A stretch of DNA of 64,000 nucleotides, taken from Laetmonice hystrix (lineage: Eukaryota). Under the pieces are notes generated by a model, which was given only the letters and a program-made list of their open reading frames with translations, had not been told where the DNA came from and did no database searches. Where the stretch lies: NCBI GenBank assembly GCA_965235115.1, contig OZ249440.1:19654001-19718000 (forward strand), given 5' to 3'. Positions 37,267-50,335 of this stretch are shown piece after piece; positions within the stretch are counted from its first letter, which is position 1, and every line of letters begins with the position of its first letter. The position numbers and the translations under genes were made by a program.

Positions 37267-38072
37267 TAAGGCCATAAGGCCATATTTGTAGCCAAAGGCT
37301 TGATAAGATTTAAAAACACTTTTTGACAAATTTGACTTTGAAACTCAATCAATTGTATGCTTTCTCCTGTTTAGACTCCAAATCCCGGTTGGCGTCATCT
37401 TGTTAATTTGTTTACTTCACATTCGGTTTTAGTTCTCTCATCCAGTCATGCATGTCTTTTGATTCATGAATATGAAAGACATCTGATTACCATAGACTGC
37501 GATGTTTGCAGAGTTTGTCTCACGGATTACCAGGAATAGGTGGTGTTTGGCAAAAAAAAAAAAAAAAAAAAAAAAAAAAGAAGTTTATATGCGACTTATG
37601 TACGTCAGAATGGCATGGTCCATGGGCTTTCTCTCCACTGTTGCTAGTTTTGTGCACGCCCTTAAACCAGTAAGTGCAGCAAAGGGCGTCAGTGGTGAGG
37701 AGGTGGAGCATACAACTGAAGATTGCGGTCTATTTATACTTTAGTGACGTCTTTTATACAAAGGGTGGAGATCTTGTAGTCAGCATACAGATAACAACCA
37801 CAATGACGAGGTACGATCTAACAGGATAGAATGTTCAAAGGGAAGGTCTAGAATACTATTAAATCATACGTTTACCTCTTATAATGGTCCTCTGGTTGTT
37901 GGCCAACATATTGACAGGTATATAAGATATTCTTCTGTAAGCCTAACTTTGGTACACATATTGTTTTACAATCACGAATGAATAATACACCAGGTAAAAC
38001 ACGATCACAGTTTTCAGTTTGATGGAAAATATTCAATTTTTCTCTCAAAGTTCGCAATGAAATATACCTTAA

Positions 38073-39106
38073 GGACAAGTGCTAGTGTGAGGGAAAAATA
38101 TTTTTTTGAGACAGATCTTTTTTGAAGGGGCATATTATGAGGAAACAAAGACAGACTTATCAGTTTCATTTTGCGTGAGAAATCGAAGTTTATGACGCTC
38201 CCTTGCCTGCTTCTCTGCCGATTTCGTAAAATATTTTTTGGGTGGCATTCTGATGCCGGACGATCGAGTGCAGCTGCTGAATTGTTTACAACTAAACAAA
38301 GCACGTGACTAAGCACATGCAGAGAGTGCACACGCAGGATGTGACGCAGTATGCAATTACACGGGTTGATGGGAGGTTGTCTACCAAATTATGGCGGGAG
38401 ATGTGCTATCGGGAGAAATCTATGCGTTTGGTCGTATAGAACCTACTTGTGCTGCATACGCAGCGAAAACACGTCGGAGGACAAAATGCTGTGGTAGGAT
38501 TATTTACTTGGATCCCTAATACACGGTCATGTTAGATAATTGCCGGAAATCCTCCAAAACGTGTTCCATAGCATGCCCCTTTAAGATTTTGCAGATAAAC
38601 AGAGTATATTTTCCTCTGTCAAAATTCAGCAAAAAAAAGATACCTCACCGGGTTAGCTTTCATTGTTAAGCGTTTGAAATTTGTATGTTCCTCATTTTAT
38701 GTATTAATAAATACATAGTTTGCATTTTTTACCACTTCTATTTGTCATAACGGTCTTGAAGTTATAGAAGTGGTAAAAAAAGTTTGATTTTGAACATTTT
38801 CACTTTTGCTCATTTACACCAGTGAAAATGTTCAAAGTCAATTTTTTCTCTCTCTTTTTTTTAACCACTTCTATTTGTCATAACACCGTTCTCACAAATA
38901 AAAGTGGTAAAAACAAAATTGCAAACAGTGTATTCATTAACATGAAGAACATACCAACTTCAAACGCTCTTAACAAAAAAACTAAGCTGTTGAGGTATCA
39001 CTTTTTTGTTGAATTTTGAAAGAGGAGAACATACTCTGTATATCTGCAAAATTTAAAAAAATAATCCGTCTCAAAAAATTGTTTGGCCTCACACTAGCAC
39101 TTGTCC
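38073..39106. mobile_element. 1,034-bp non-autonomous Kolobok-like transposon
   Basis: Perfect 20-bp TIR GGACAAGTGCTAGTGTGAGG/CCTCACACTAGCACTTGTCC, with TTAA at 38069-38072 and 39107-39110. Purine-purine ends with TTAA fit Kolobok better than piggyBac. No transposase ORF. Confidence 0.9.
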
Positions 39107-39599
39107 TTAAATGAAGTAATTAGTGGCAACAATCTCTTGTTGACGACCCCAATCATACACATAATACCGGTTTAGAAACTTCTTGCAGTTTACCTTGTCA
39201 TTTTAAGCGACCAGCCATAATTTAATACCATCCTCCGTATCGCACATGATTTTAGTCTGTGTGGTCACTTCTTGAAACTCGACCGTGAATGAATAGTGTA
39301 CACATGTTCATTTATAAACGTTCAGCTGGTAAATTAATCTGCCGAGGTAAAGCATAGCAGTAAATGAGGCCTCTTCGTGAAAGTAGGACCAAATGAAACG
39401 AATAAATAAGACAAAAGGGCAGTCCCCTTTCCTTCCACTTCCCTTTCTACAATCCTTTTCTCCGTATCCATTTGATGTATAGTGGCTTGATTAGGGTTTT
39501 CTCTAGGCAGAGAGATTCATGGCTTTGGTCACTGTCATTGATAAATGAATCTGGTTTGAAAACACTGACGTGATTTTCCGAAGCCTTTGTTAACGGAAG

Positions 39600-39990
39600 T
39601 CATGGCAGTCGGCGCATGGCCGAGGTCGGGAATACCGTTTTACAGCGAGCCCTTTGGTAAAGACCAGCAAGTGACCTATTACCGTCCACAAAATCTCCTA
39701 CACTTAAGTCTTCCTTGTACTTAGTGCCAATGCCAAGCCCATAAAAGGTGACTGAGACCAGTCGTTGGAGGTCTTCTGTCACGATCTCTCTAAACAAGGA
39801 AGACGCCAGGGGTACCCGGGTAGGGTTTAGGCTCTGGTCAATCTTCAAGGTGGACACTTTCAAACCGTCGTTGTTTCTTACCTCAACCCTCTTACAAACC
39901 GATTTGAAATCTGAATTCGTAACTATAGCCCCCCCCTGATTGATGTCAATAAACACCAGGGGATTAAGCCTATATCTGTTGGAATGCATT
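39600..39990 (-). pseudogene. Possible decayed DIRS/Ngaro RNaseH-end and tyrosine-recombinase-start relic
   Basis: Colinear motifs by eye: FIDINQGGAIVTNS, VSTLKI, PTRVP, then with frameshifts LALALSTRKT* and GLAV/KTVFPTSAMRRL. Family patterns are recalled, not searched. Confidence 0.45.
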
Positions 39991-40489
39991 GTCTAACGGA
40001 TTCTAACTTACGATTGGACGAGTGGTGCGTCTCTTACCATGTCAACCTAACTTCACATCATGCTCAGTCAATTTTTATCACAATTGTGTAGAGATAAGGA
40101 GGGTGTCATAGACGTGATACCCTCAGTCATGTTTGGGATCAATGTATAATTATGTACAGTTTATCTGTACTGGGAGTCCCTGTAATATCGCACAAACATA
40201 AGTAAGGGCCAGGGTCATGTTGGCCTAGCAATGTCTGCTTTCCAATGACATTTCTGACCTTTCATTTCTCATTGCGGCTCATCGTTGCGACTCAGCAGTC
40301 AATAATATTTTATTATTATTATTTGTTTCTTTCTATCTATATTCACTGATTTTATTTTTGATGCGTTAGGCTATATTTAGAGTCGACCTTCTGAATAGAT
40401 ACTAACTTGCTTTTTGACGCGGTGTCGTCGTCTCTGTGGATTCGCAGTGGTCTGCGACTCGGGAGTCGAATCCAGAATTCAATCAGGAC

Positions 40490-40808
40490 TTCCACCGCAG
40501 ACGGCGAACATTTTGTTCGCGAACATTCACGAACAAAAATCAAATCACCGTACACGGCGGATTTTTGTTGGAGCTTGGAATTCTGAAAACAGTGAACGCA
40601 GTAGCGTGATCATCTCCACAGGTGGAGGCTGCCATTTTGGTCATAGCACGACATCACATGACCTCGGGACGCAAACTCGTCGAACAAAAAATACCAACGA
40701 GCAATTGTTCGCGAATATTGTTCGGCGTTTTTATCACCGCACACGAGCGGATTTTTGTTCGCGAACAAATTTTCGCAAACAAACTTATCTTTGTCGTCTG
40801 TGGCAGGC
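40490..40808. mobile_element. Degenerate palindromic MITE
   Basis: CAGACGGCGAACATTTTGTTCGCGAACATTCACGAACAAAAATC pairs imperfectly with GATTTTTGTTCGCGAACAAATTTTCGCAAACAAAC...CGTCTG; internal ACACG.GCGGATTTTTGTT occurs twice. Confidence 0.6.
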
Positions 40809-41638
40809 GACATAAAGCTTTATGTGACATGCCCTCTCCGCAGGTTCCATAGGGGGCGGGGCGGAAGTTGAGCATCTCACATGTAAAAAGGGCAATATTA
40901 TTCTCGCTATATATCTTTATGTCGTAGTTCTAATCCTTGGTGAGTTCTGGTATGCCGCTCAGACTGTGCATTTCTTCTACAAGCTTCCCTGTATATTTTC
41001 AACATTCCAATACCTTTTCGATAGCTTTAAATAATTACACAATTATTGTATAAGTGAATCCTGACGATTAATTTATTCTCGCAGACTGATGGTAAACATA
41101 ATTGGAGTCGGTGATTTAAAGAAATACTCGTCCACGCGTAAATGAATACCCAAATCAGATTTATATTGAATATTTGTTTTAGACATGGACGTTTGACTTA
41201 ATTACCTATTAACATTCTTCAGCCGATTTAATTATTTCTCACCTCAATGAGTGCCTTCATAACGATTACAGAGTACACTACCCACGGAATATATCCTGAA
41301 AGTATATTAATATATACACTTAACGGAAACGACCTTATCATAAAGTAGTTCGCAACTGTCTGACAGAATGACATCGCAAATTATGTTATTGCCATGTCAA
41401 ACGGCCCACTTGTTTATCAATGAGTGAATCCAGTGGAGCATCTAACCGTGCATTGTTAGTGGATGGTGGAGATGGGAGAACACAGGTTGATACACGACCA
41501 TATTTATAGAACAACGTCCAGGGGCACACTGAAAAAAGTCTTGACAGAATTATTGCTCTATAAATCATTTAAAAAAGAAAGAAAAGGGGAGGACGAATCA
41601 CGGTCATATCTGAGTGGCTGCAAGTCAAAGTGGCGGAG

Positions 41639-41806
41639 CGAGTTTTTAACGGAAAGGGTCGAGTTTCTAACGGAAATGGTCGAGTTTCTAACGGAAAGGG
41701 TCGAGTTTTTAACGGAAAGGGTCGAGTTTCTAACGGAAAGGGTCGAGTTTCTAACGGAAAGGGTCGAGTTTCTAACGGAAAAGGTCGAGTTTCTAACGGA
41801 ACGGGT
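41639..41806. repeat. 21-bp minisatellite, 8 copies
   Basis: Unit CGAGTTTCTAACGGAAAGGGT; explains the EFLTERV and PLETRPF ORFs. Confidence 0.97.
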
Positions 41807-42559
41807 TCCTCTTTCGCAGAGGGAATTTCTATAGGTTCAAAGAGCGATGGCAAAAACTGCTATCAAGTGGCCTCTTTCAACATGTCACACTTTAACGAGG
41901 TTTTTAACACAGAGATGATGTTGACGAGGACGGTATAGAAACATACAAACACCCTTCACGTCAGCGTGACATACAATGTTTGCTCCCACGGTAACCGATG
42001 TACGTATGCCCGGGTAAAGTCAAGGGATGTATACATATAGTAACGCCCGAGGGAATACAAAACATGTGTTCCAACGTAGGATGTATACAACATAATGCAA
42101 GGCTTTTGACGACACGTCCACATTGCTACTGCAACGACCTCGTGACGTATAAAGGTTAGACCGTCCCCCTGAGGGGTTCCCTGTATAATAGCATGGTTGG
42201 TTGTATTCCTACATTCGACTCACTTGCTCACGTTCACTGTAAATAGCCAAAGGAGGCATGCAGACTCTGAAATACCAATAGACACAGAGAATGATAAAGC
42301 CCCGACGACGTGGTAAACAGCTATAGGTTACAAGTAGGGTTTATGATATACCCGTCTGTTTGCCAAGTTCAGGAATGTGCAAGACATTTACGGCGAGTGC
42401 TGTCCAGAAGCGACCTTTGACATTTTCTTGACACACACTTGACAGGATTTGACAGGACAGCACCAAGCATGGCCATCGGCAAACACAGGTGTGAACTGGA
42501 GGTCTGCCGGAATGGAGGTCCGTCGGACCTGGATTCCCTGGTTATGCAGATCCTAACAT

Positions 42560-42756
42560 CACGGACTTGAAGTCCTAGGAACTCACGTCCGTCGAACTGA
42601 TACTTCAGAGATATTTCAGGGGGACTTGGATTCCTTTCATACCTGCCTGCATCTATGGCAAGATAACTCAAGCTGGTTACGTGCTGAAAATTTTTTTTAA
42701 GAAATTATTAAATATACTTGATAAGGAGATAAGGGGATCTTGTAGTTACTAGGGGG
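42560..42756 (-). pseudogene. Possible decayed 3' end of a CR1/L2-group LINE ORF2
   Basis: SYLAIDAGRYERNPSPPE...DGREFL resembles the HxLAIETGRY...EDExHFL C-terminal block; truncated by the gap. Confidence 0.4.
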
Positions 42757-42939
42757 NNNNNNNNNNNNNNNNNNNNNNNNNNNNNNNNNNNNNNNNNNNN
42801 NNNNNNNNNNNNNNNNNNNNNNNNNNNNNNNNNNNNNNNNNNNNNNNNNNNNNNNNNNNNNNNNNNNNNNNNNNNNNNNNNNNNNNNNNNNNNNNNNNNN
42901 NNNNNNNNNNNNNNNNNNNNNNNNNNNNNNNNNNNNNNN
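42757..42939. other. Assembly gap (183 N)
   Basis: Run of N. Confidence 1.
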
Positions 42940-43085
42940 TGCAGCACGGCTGCCTGATTTAAGAGACGAAGAAGAACTCCTAAACAGTTACCAAATTCTG
43001 AATTCTGAATGCATGATATGGCTAAAGATCTGTGGGTATGGGAGTAAACCCTTCCTGTGGCCACTGGAAAATTGTTGTGAAAGAT

Positions 43086-43407
43086 GCCAGTAGAGACAGA
43101 GATTATGTCGGAGGTCAGTTCCAGCATAACCTGCCAGTAGAGATGGAGATTATGTCGGAGGTCAGTTCCAGCATAACTTGCCAGTAGAGACTGAGATTAT
43201 GTCGGAGGTCAGTTCCAGCATAACTTGCCAGTAGAGACTAAGATTATGTCGGAGGTCAGTTCCAGCATAACCTGCCAGTAGAGATGGAGATTATGTCGGA
43301 GGTCAGTTCCAGCATAACCTGCCAGTAGAGATGGAGATTATGTCGGAGGTCAGTTCCAGCATAACTTGCCAGTAGAGACTGAGATTATGTCGGAGGTCAG
43401 TTCCAGC
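43086..43407. repeat. 47-bp minisatellite, about 7 copies
   Basis: Unit GCCAGTAGAGA(CA/TG/CT)GAGATTATGTCGGAGGTCAGTTCCAGCATAAC(C/T)T, 47-bp period from 43086. Confidence 0.97.
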
Positions 43408-44698
43408 GTATCCTCAGACGAAAGGCGACGCCTATGACTTGAGCACTCTCATACACGTCTTGGGTGTGAATCAGAAAAAGAAGTAGACAAAGATGAAGAA
43501 AAATGGTGTTCGCGTGCCGCCAACCCCTATACATAACATTTAAATGGACCACCACCAGAGTCTGTAAATGGTGGCAGTTAGAAATTGTGAGGTTGATCAG
43601 TACGTGTTTTATATTCATCCCTCGAGACGTAGCGCTGACAGATCCGACAAGGCGTCATGCACCCATCTGATGCCGCCTTTACGAGAGTTACCGGCATTCT
43701 GATAGCTTGACAAGAGAACAAAATGCCAACAAAAAGGTGGGAGGCGACTTTACATGTTTGAGGGTGATGAACCTTCCTATACTATACCCACGGCAATCGA
43801 TCCCTTTTATTTCTGGCTTTTAAAATGTGTTGAATGTTTCCCTTTGCGTCTGCTGCCGAGTATATCTATCTTCTGGTGGTTAATTGAGGGGGTTGGGGGC
43901 AGGGGAAGCAGTGGTTGCACCTGCTGCGAGTGATGGAGTCTACTAGTAAAAACGAAAGCCATTCAGCACTCTCACATACAGGGGTCCCACCCCGAAGGTG
44001 TCGTGTTGGTGTTAAGGGTCGACTAATTGGGGAGAAAGGGACGAGAGGACTCTCAGTGGCTGCTCCTCTGCTCCGATGCAAGGCCAGTCAGGAATTTGCC
44101 AGGTTGATGAGGGTCCAGTCTAGTATGCAGTGGCGTATTTTACTACGCTCACCCATACTTGTAGTATTGACGAGGCTTGGATAGGGTCCGTACAAGAGCA
44201 TGCCCTTGGTGGGCGAGGAGGTATGAAGGTGGCCGACCAGCAGGGGTGTGTTCACATGAACAGGTGAAGGTGAAGTTAGCGGTTCAGATGGTTCGGAGAC
44301 CACCCGGCCGGCCGGGCGTGCCAATCACACGAGTACGGGCATCGGGCAGCATGGCGGGGTGTGCGTACGGAGGTAGGTGTGCGTGCGATGTGCGTGTGAT
44401 AACGGGTGCGTTTGGGTTGGACGAGGGGATTACTTTTGCTACTCATTACTTAGGCTTATATTTCATGACACGAGCGTGGTGATAATTTTGTTTTTCAATG
44501 TAAGAATGTAAGAATGTAAGAATGATATCTGAGGTACATGATAACGGCGTGGTGTCCCTCACTATAGACGAGAACGACAATTCCTGCGCACGCCCTGGAG
44601 TTGAAAACACAAGATCTCAGTTCATCTACTTCACCACCTCGGACTCATCGAGTGCGAACACAGTTTACGTTTTGCTGCCATAACCAAGAGCGTGCCGG

Positions 44699-45082
44699 GG
44701 ATGGATGGATGGATGGATGGGCGGATGGAGGGAAGGAGGGAGGGAGGGATAGATGGATGGGGGATGGAGGGAGGGAGGGAGGGAGGGGGGGATAGATGTA
44801 TGGGGGATGGATGGAGGGACGGACGTACAGAGGGAGGGAGGGAGGGAGGGAGGGAGGGAGGGAGGGAGGGAGGGAGGAAGAGATGGATGGGGGAGGGAGG
44901 GAGGGAGGGAGGGAGATGGATGGGGGGGATTGAGGGAGGGAGGGAGGGAGGCATGGATGGAGGGACGGACGGACGGACAGAGGGGGGGGGGGAAGGAAGG
45001 GAGGGAGGGAGGTAGGGAGGGAGATGGATGGTAGAGGGAGGGAGGGATTGAGGGAGGGAGGCATGGATGGAGGGAAGGAGGG
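44699..45082. repeat. (GGGA)n/(GGAT)n purine-rich tract
   Basis: Direct reading; source of the P/S/L- and G/R/E-rich ORFs. Confidence 0.97.
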
Positions 45083-46087
45083 ACAACCATTTGGCGGCGA
45101 GTCTGATCATGCCTTTGTACTCCACCCTCCATTCACATCTATTGTCGCACGAGCTTCAACCACACCCAGCCCGACAAACGACAGGGGGCGCAGTTTTATG
45201 TTAAGGTAAGTGCACGGACCTTTGCGCTGAGATCTCGTGTCTTACGCCTGGAGCTTCAGTGTACCCGCCAAACCTGATTGTGAGGGTGGGATCTTTCGGT
45301 ACTTGTGAGCATATCACAACTACCTGCTAGCGCAGGCCACCCGTACTAGGCGCCTAAAACGGTACACCTTTGTCGTTCTCTGTGTGCTTTTGTGTTAAAG
45401 AGAAGTCTAAAAGTAAAAAGGGAGAAACGCAAAGAAAAAGAGACTTGAAAAAAAGTCCAAATGAGCAATGCATAACACATCAGACACATAATTCACCTGC
45501 GGCGGGAGAAACCTGTGGACTTTGTGACATTTTATAATTATGTGTTCGTTTTAAATAACCAAAATACTGCGCCACTCGTCTTTAAAGAATAATTGTACTG
45601 TAAAATAGACACGCCAGGGTCAACAGAAGATTGAATTACACATTTGATACAAAAAACGGACTTCGTTTAAAGCGGAGGTAAAGATTGAACAAGTTGCAAA
45701 ATTGACATTCTAAAAATATACCTGTGTGATACCTAGAGCCCATATCCAGTCAATGACACCACTAGTTTGGTGTTTTTTTAACCTCCTTTTACCTCATTTG
45801 GTGTCTATTTCATACTGAAATGCCGATAAAATCACCTCCTATTGAAAAAGACTATAGTCTCCCCCCTCCCCCTTGTTGGCATCTCTGCGCTGGGAAGCGT
45901 TTCCCGCTGAGAAGTTGGTCGGAGCGTGAGAACAAACACATAGCTGGATCTGATGTCAAATCTATCTTGAGTTGTCAAGCATCTTGGGTTGTCATGGGGC
46001 ATCGCGCATCCTGCATTCTACCCCTTGAGGTCAGGCCCAGGCTAAACCGTGGGAGGTTGATCTTGAAGTCAACCTCATGAATATTAA

Positions 46088-46617
46088 AGGAAATCTGTCA
46101 GAAAATTGAAATAAACGCAGTCAATTCAACAAAACTTGAGTAAAAACAATTATTTTAAGGGGGTTCAAGCAGTCTGGTACCATGGCGCGTCCATATCGAC
46201 AATATTTTAAATTAATTAATTAAGCGTTTACCTATTTGGCTAGAGACGAGAGCACGCGAATAAAATCATGCCCTTATTTGGATTATGGGAGGAGGGAGGG
46301 CGGGCGGAGCAGTGCGAGGCAGCGCATGGGTCCAATCCCGTTGCTATAGTAACGAGCGCCATTACCGTTAGCCTCGCGAAGCGGCAGTGTTCTAGGTTCT
46401 CAGTCCATTGAGATGAAAAAATGGGATGTATCGCATCATTAGGCTATGGGTCATAATCAACAACAGACCTAGCACAACAATGTTAGGATTACGACAGAAT
46501 GTTTTATCAGTCCAGTGGGATAGATTCAAGATCAGGTAAGCTTGAAATACGCGGACTCTTAGGACATGGGGACACCGCTCCAGCAAAACATGGCGGCTCT
46601 AGGGTGATCGATTACCT
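46088..46617. mobile_element. Probable 530-bp Kolobok-like non-autonomous element
   Basis: TTAA|AGGGAAATC...GATTACCT|TTAA (TTAA at 46084-46087 and 46618-46621); TIR short and imperfect. Confidence 0.5.
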
Positions 46618-46979
46618 TTAATATGATCTGGCATCGGCGTAGACTCGCCACACTCTCCGGACAGAGATCGTCACTTCATTATATCTCTGCCACAGGCTGG
46701 GTACTGCCGTTTGAGTGACTCCTTTCCTGTCCTAGAAATCCCCGACCGGGCCAGCCGAGCTGGAATCGTGGCTGCCCGATTTTGCTGAGGCACTCTTGTT
46801 GTCTACTTTTACGGCCGACACACCGATAAAGGTGAAAGACAAGCACACTCGGCCAACCTCGGGACTGTCCGGGCCAGATCCTCTCGGCCCTCGCACGGTC
46901 GTCACCATGTTGGATCTTCTTTTATCACGTGACACAACGTGGTCAAAATGGCGACAGCCGACACACTGACAAAGGGGAA

Positions 46980-48034
46980 AGACAAGCAGTGTCTGGCTTA
47001 AGCAGATCTCCGCTTGACACCTCTGACAAGTGGATTAGACGTCAAAGAAAATCTATTCAGATCTCTATAGATACTTTTTTAGATGTTGACATTCCTATTG
47101 GCATTGTTTATCGTCAGACGGAGGCCAACCTTCGTCCCACGGACGCGCTGTCTCACTCAGGATTCCCTCGGGATTCCTTCGGGCGTATATATATATGACG
47201 TCGTCATTTCTTATGTTGATGCAAGCTAGTAGGCCTAAAGTCGTATGATTTCATAAATAGGCCTACTCGCTACTGCAAAACTGAATGTGTTGCGGTTGCT
47301 AAGAACGATGGAGACTGCAAATCTTGGGGAATTATCCATCTTTCCCGATGAACAATCCCGCGTTAGGCCGAATACCGACGATCTATGAACTACTTTGCGC
47401 ACTACGCGAGTTGTGATGTGCCCAAACCCGTGGAATCTCTGTCATAGCTCTACAGCTTGCGAGGTCCGAGACCACAACTAGCGAAGCGACCGGAAGTTGG
47501 GCCGAGGTGTTCCGAATGAGACAAGCAGTGTCTGGCTTGTTTAAAAGCAGATCTCCGCTTAATACCTCTGACAAGTGGATTAGACGTCAAAGAAAATCTA
47601 TTCAGATCTCTATAGATACTTTTTTAGATGTTGACATTCCTATTGGCATTGTTTATCGTCAGACGGAGGTCAACATTCGTCCTACGGACGCGCTGTCGCA
47701 CTCGGGATTCCCTCGGGATTCCTTCGGGCGTATGACGTCATTTCTTATGTTGATGCAAGCCAGTAAAGTCGTATGATTTCATAAATACTTCAAAACTGAA
47801 TGTGTCGCGGCTGCTAAGAACGATTGAGACTGCAAATCTTCGGAAATTATCCATCTTTCCCGATGAACAATCCCGTGGTAGGCCGAATACCGACGATCTA
47901 TGAACTACTTTGCGCACTACGCGAGTTATGATGTGCCCAAACCCGTGGAATCTCTGTCATATCTCTACGGCTTGCGAGGTCCGAGACCACTTCTAGTGAA
48001 GCGACCGGAAGTTGGGCCGAGGTGTTCCGAATGA
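46980..48034. repeat. Diverged tandem dimer (about 540 + 515 bp)
   Basis: Units run AGACAAGCAGTGTCTGGCTT...GGTGTTCCGAATGA (46980-47519 and 47519-48034) with several substitutions and small indels. Confidence 0.95.
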
Positions 48035-50098
48035 TGATTTTGCCTTGCCCAGTTTGCTGATACACAAATATGTCCCTCCCTGACAATACAGTTTGTAGGA
48101 CTCTGACTTGATATACGGTTTAACACGCGAAATTCCAAATTTTATCTTCCCCGATTTCAGCATCACTCGGCCTATAGATAGATAGCTCTGTCGTGCCCGT
48201 GGGACAGTTGTTCCTCCCACTGTCTGGATTTAATGCTTTGACCACAACAACTTTACTTGGGATGATCCTATTGGCTAACCAGAAATGCAAGCTAATTTTT
48301 AGGAATGGCGGCTCAGGCTGTGCTGTAATCTGATTGGTCGGGATACTCGTCACTAAACGCACGGTGACGCTGCGAAGCACTACGCTACGAGGATCAGGCA
48401 TGGTGTCGTGAGGGGTAATCACTGGAAGCGGTTCAACCCCGAGCGTGGGAGGAGGATGTCAGTCTGATTTTCGTGTACACGTTCACTAATACCACGAATT
48501 CAATCCTATAAACATAGGATCTTATCTGCAGAATGGGCACACAGGAGCAACGCTTCGTCTGACGATTCATCGACCATAGGAAATAGTAGTAAACAATCTT
48601 AGAAAATGCAATTGACTTGAAAGTAGCCTGTAAGATAATCTATTTCTTTGTAAGATTATATTGTTTCAAGTAATGGACAAGTTGCATTTTGTGGTCAGGC
48701 TGAGCTGGGACAGACATAGAGAGATACGGCTTGTGTAATTTCCGCATGTCGAAATATGCCAAAGTGACGACACGTGATAGGGAGACATCCTGACCAATTA
48801 GCCGTGCTAGCCAGCAGGCAATGGAGCGTGTTTGCTGACTGTCTCCGCATGGATGGGGACATAGATTCGGTACGGGATTAACGACTCATAACTTAGATAA
48901 TATATCCAACAAAGGAACACATTTACCATGTACGGTGTTTAATGAACGAATTTCAAGAAATAACTATATTCAGGCAAGATCTTTCTAGGGAAAATGTAAT
49001 AATACTCTTGCGGCCATTTAATTCGTTTTTACCCCTCTAAGCGTCGCCATTTACATCATTAGTCTTCAGTCTGGTTGGGAGGGGGGAGGTGTGATTTGCA
49101 ATGAAGGAAGACAATAATTTCGAGAGGAAAGGTCAATGAAAGAAGTCCGGCGTGTAACGTGTATTTAACTGCCAGCGCCATATTTTATAATCACCTGTAT
49201 ATTAATGATTAATACTCATCCAAGCCTCCTCCCTCCGTTATCATACATCCTGAATCCAAATGGTACATTTTACTTCACGTGCACCGTCCGTGCGACTTCT
49301 CATCCACGGCAAAGTTTGCATGATAGCGGGTCTCCCTTCAAACAAACTTTAAATTTCCGACGAGGCCTCCTCCTTGGCAGTGCAGCAGTAGATCGATTCG
49401 CCATTCATAATACATTCGGGCAGTACAAACCAAACTCCACAGAGCCTTATTAGGCAACGTGACTTACAACAGAACTGTGTAGCTGCCATTTGAATGTCCC
49501 GAGGGACCTCTATAGACGGCTACTTTACTGCAGCACAAACTGTAAGAAAGAAGAAAGAAAGAAAAGAAAAAGGCGATTTTGAATCCCCTGGCTAGTATCA
49601 ACACTGCTTAGTCATGCTCCTTTTGTAACCGTCGATATTCAAGTTATGTCTGGAAGATATAGAGTAAGACGTTTCAAAGTACCCACCTTATTAAATATTT
49701 ACTTCTGCGTCTTTTTCTGAATGGCGACTAAGACATTTTGAAAGCCCTGGGGCCAATCTGGTAACATGTCGGTTCTGTTCGTGTCATATACAGTATTGAC
49801 TTTTTGTAAAGTCCATATTAACATTTTGCAGATTCATTCTGAGTCTAGATAATGTGCAAAAATAAATACCCATAGAACTGAACGGTACTGAGTGAATCAG
49901 TAGGGGGTTGCCCTCTTTCGAAGGTATTTGACCTCTATTCAGGGCGAAGATACAAAACTTAAGTCATGAAAACTTTTACAAATAAAGATACCATGCGTTT
50001 TAATCTTCCTTGAAGTGGTATAGTGGTGGGTGGATTGGAGTTTTAAAAATTCTGTTAATTGTTGGCAATGCACGGAACCAGTTTTTATCTTTTATTCA

Positions 50099-50335
50099 AG
50101 CCAATGAAATTCATCGGGTGACGAACCGATGAATTTCATTGGCTGTTCAAGTCAATGCCAGGTCGACAACCAGCCATGAGACGTTCGCTTCATGGCAACG
50201 ACAGGCAACTGGAATGTTGAATTTCATTAGATTTCTCCATTTCTCTGGGTAAACATTTATTTATATATGTGTAGCCTAATGCCTTTTCTAACCTTACAGC
50301 CCATGTCTGCATTTTGCAGTCATTGAAATGAGAGA
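50099..50335. mobile_element. Truncated copy of the 26755-27062 MITE ending in a perfect hairpin
   Basis: 50135-50335 aligns with about 26835-27052. The left end is a 19-bp perfect inverted repeat with an 8-nt loop (50099-50144). Confidence 0.8.

Noticed and set aside
41463-41938. EFLTERV/PLETRPF repeat proteins
   Set aside because: Read-through of a 21-bp minisatellite.
44631-45209. Pro- or Gly-rich ORF cluster
   Set aside because: Translations of the GGGA/GGAT tract.
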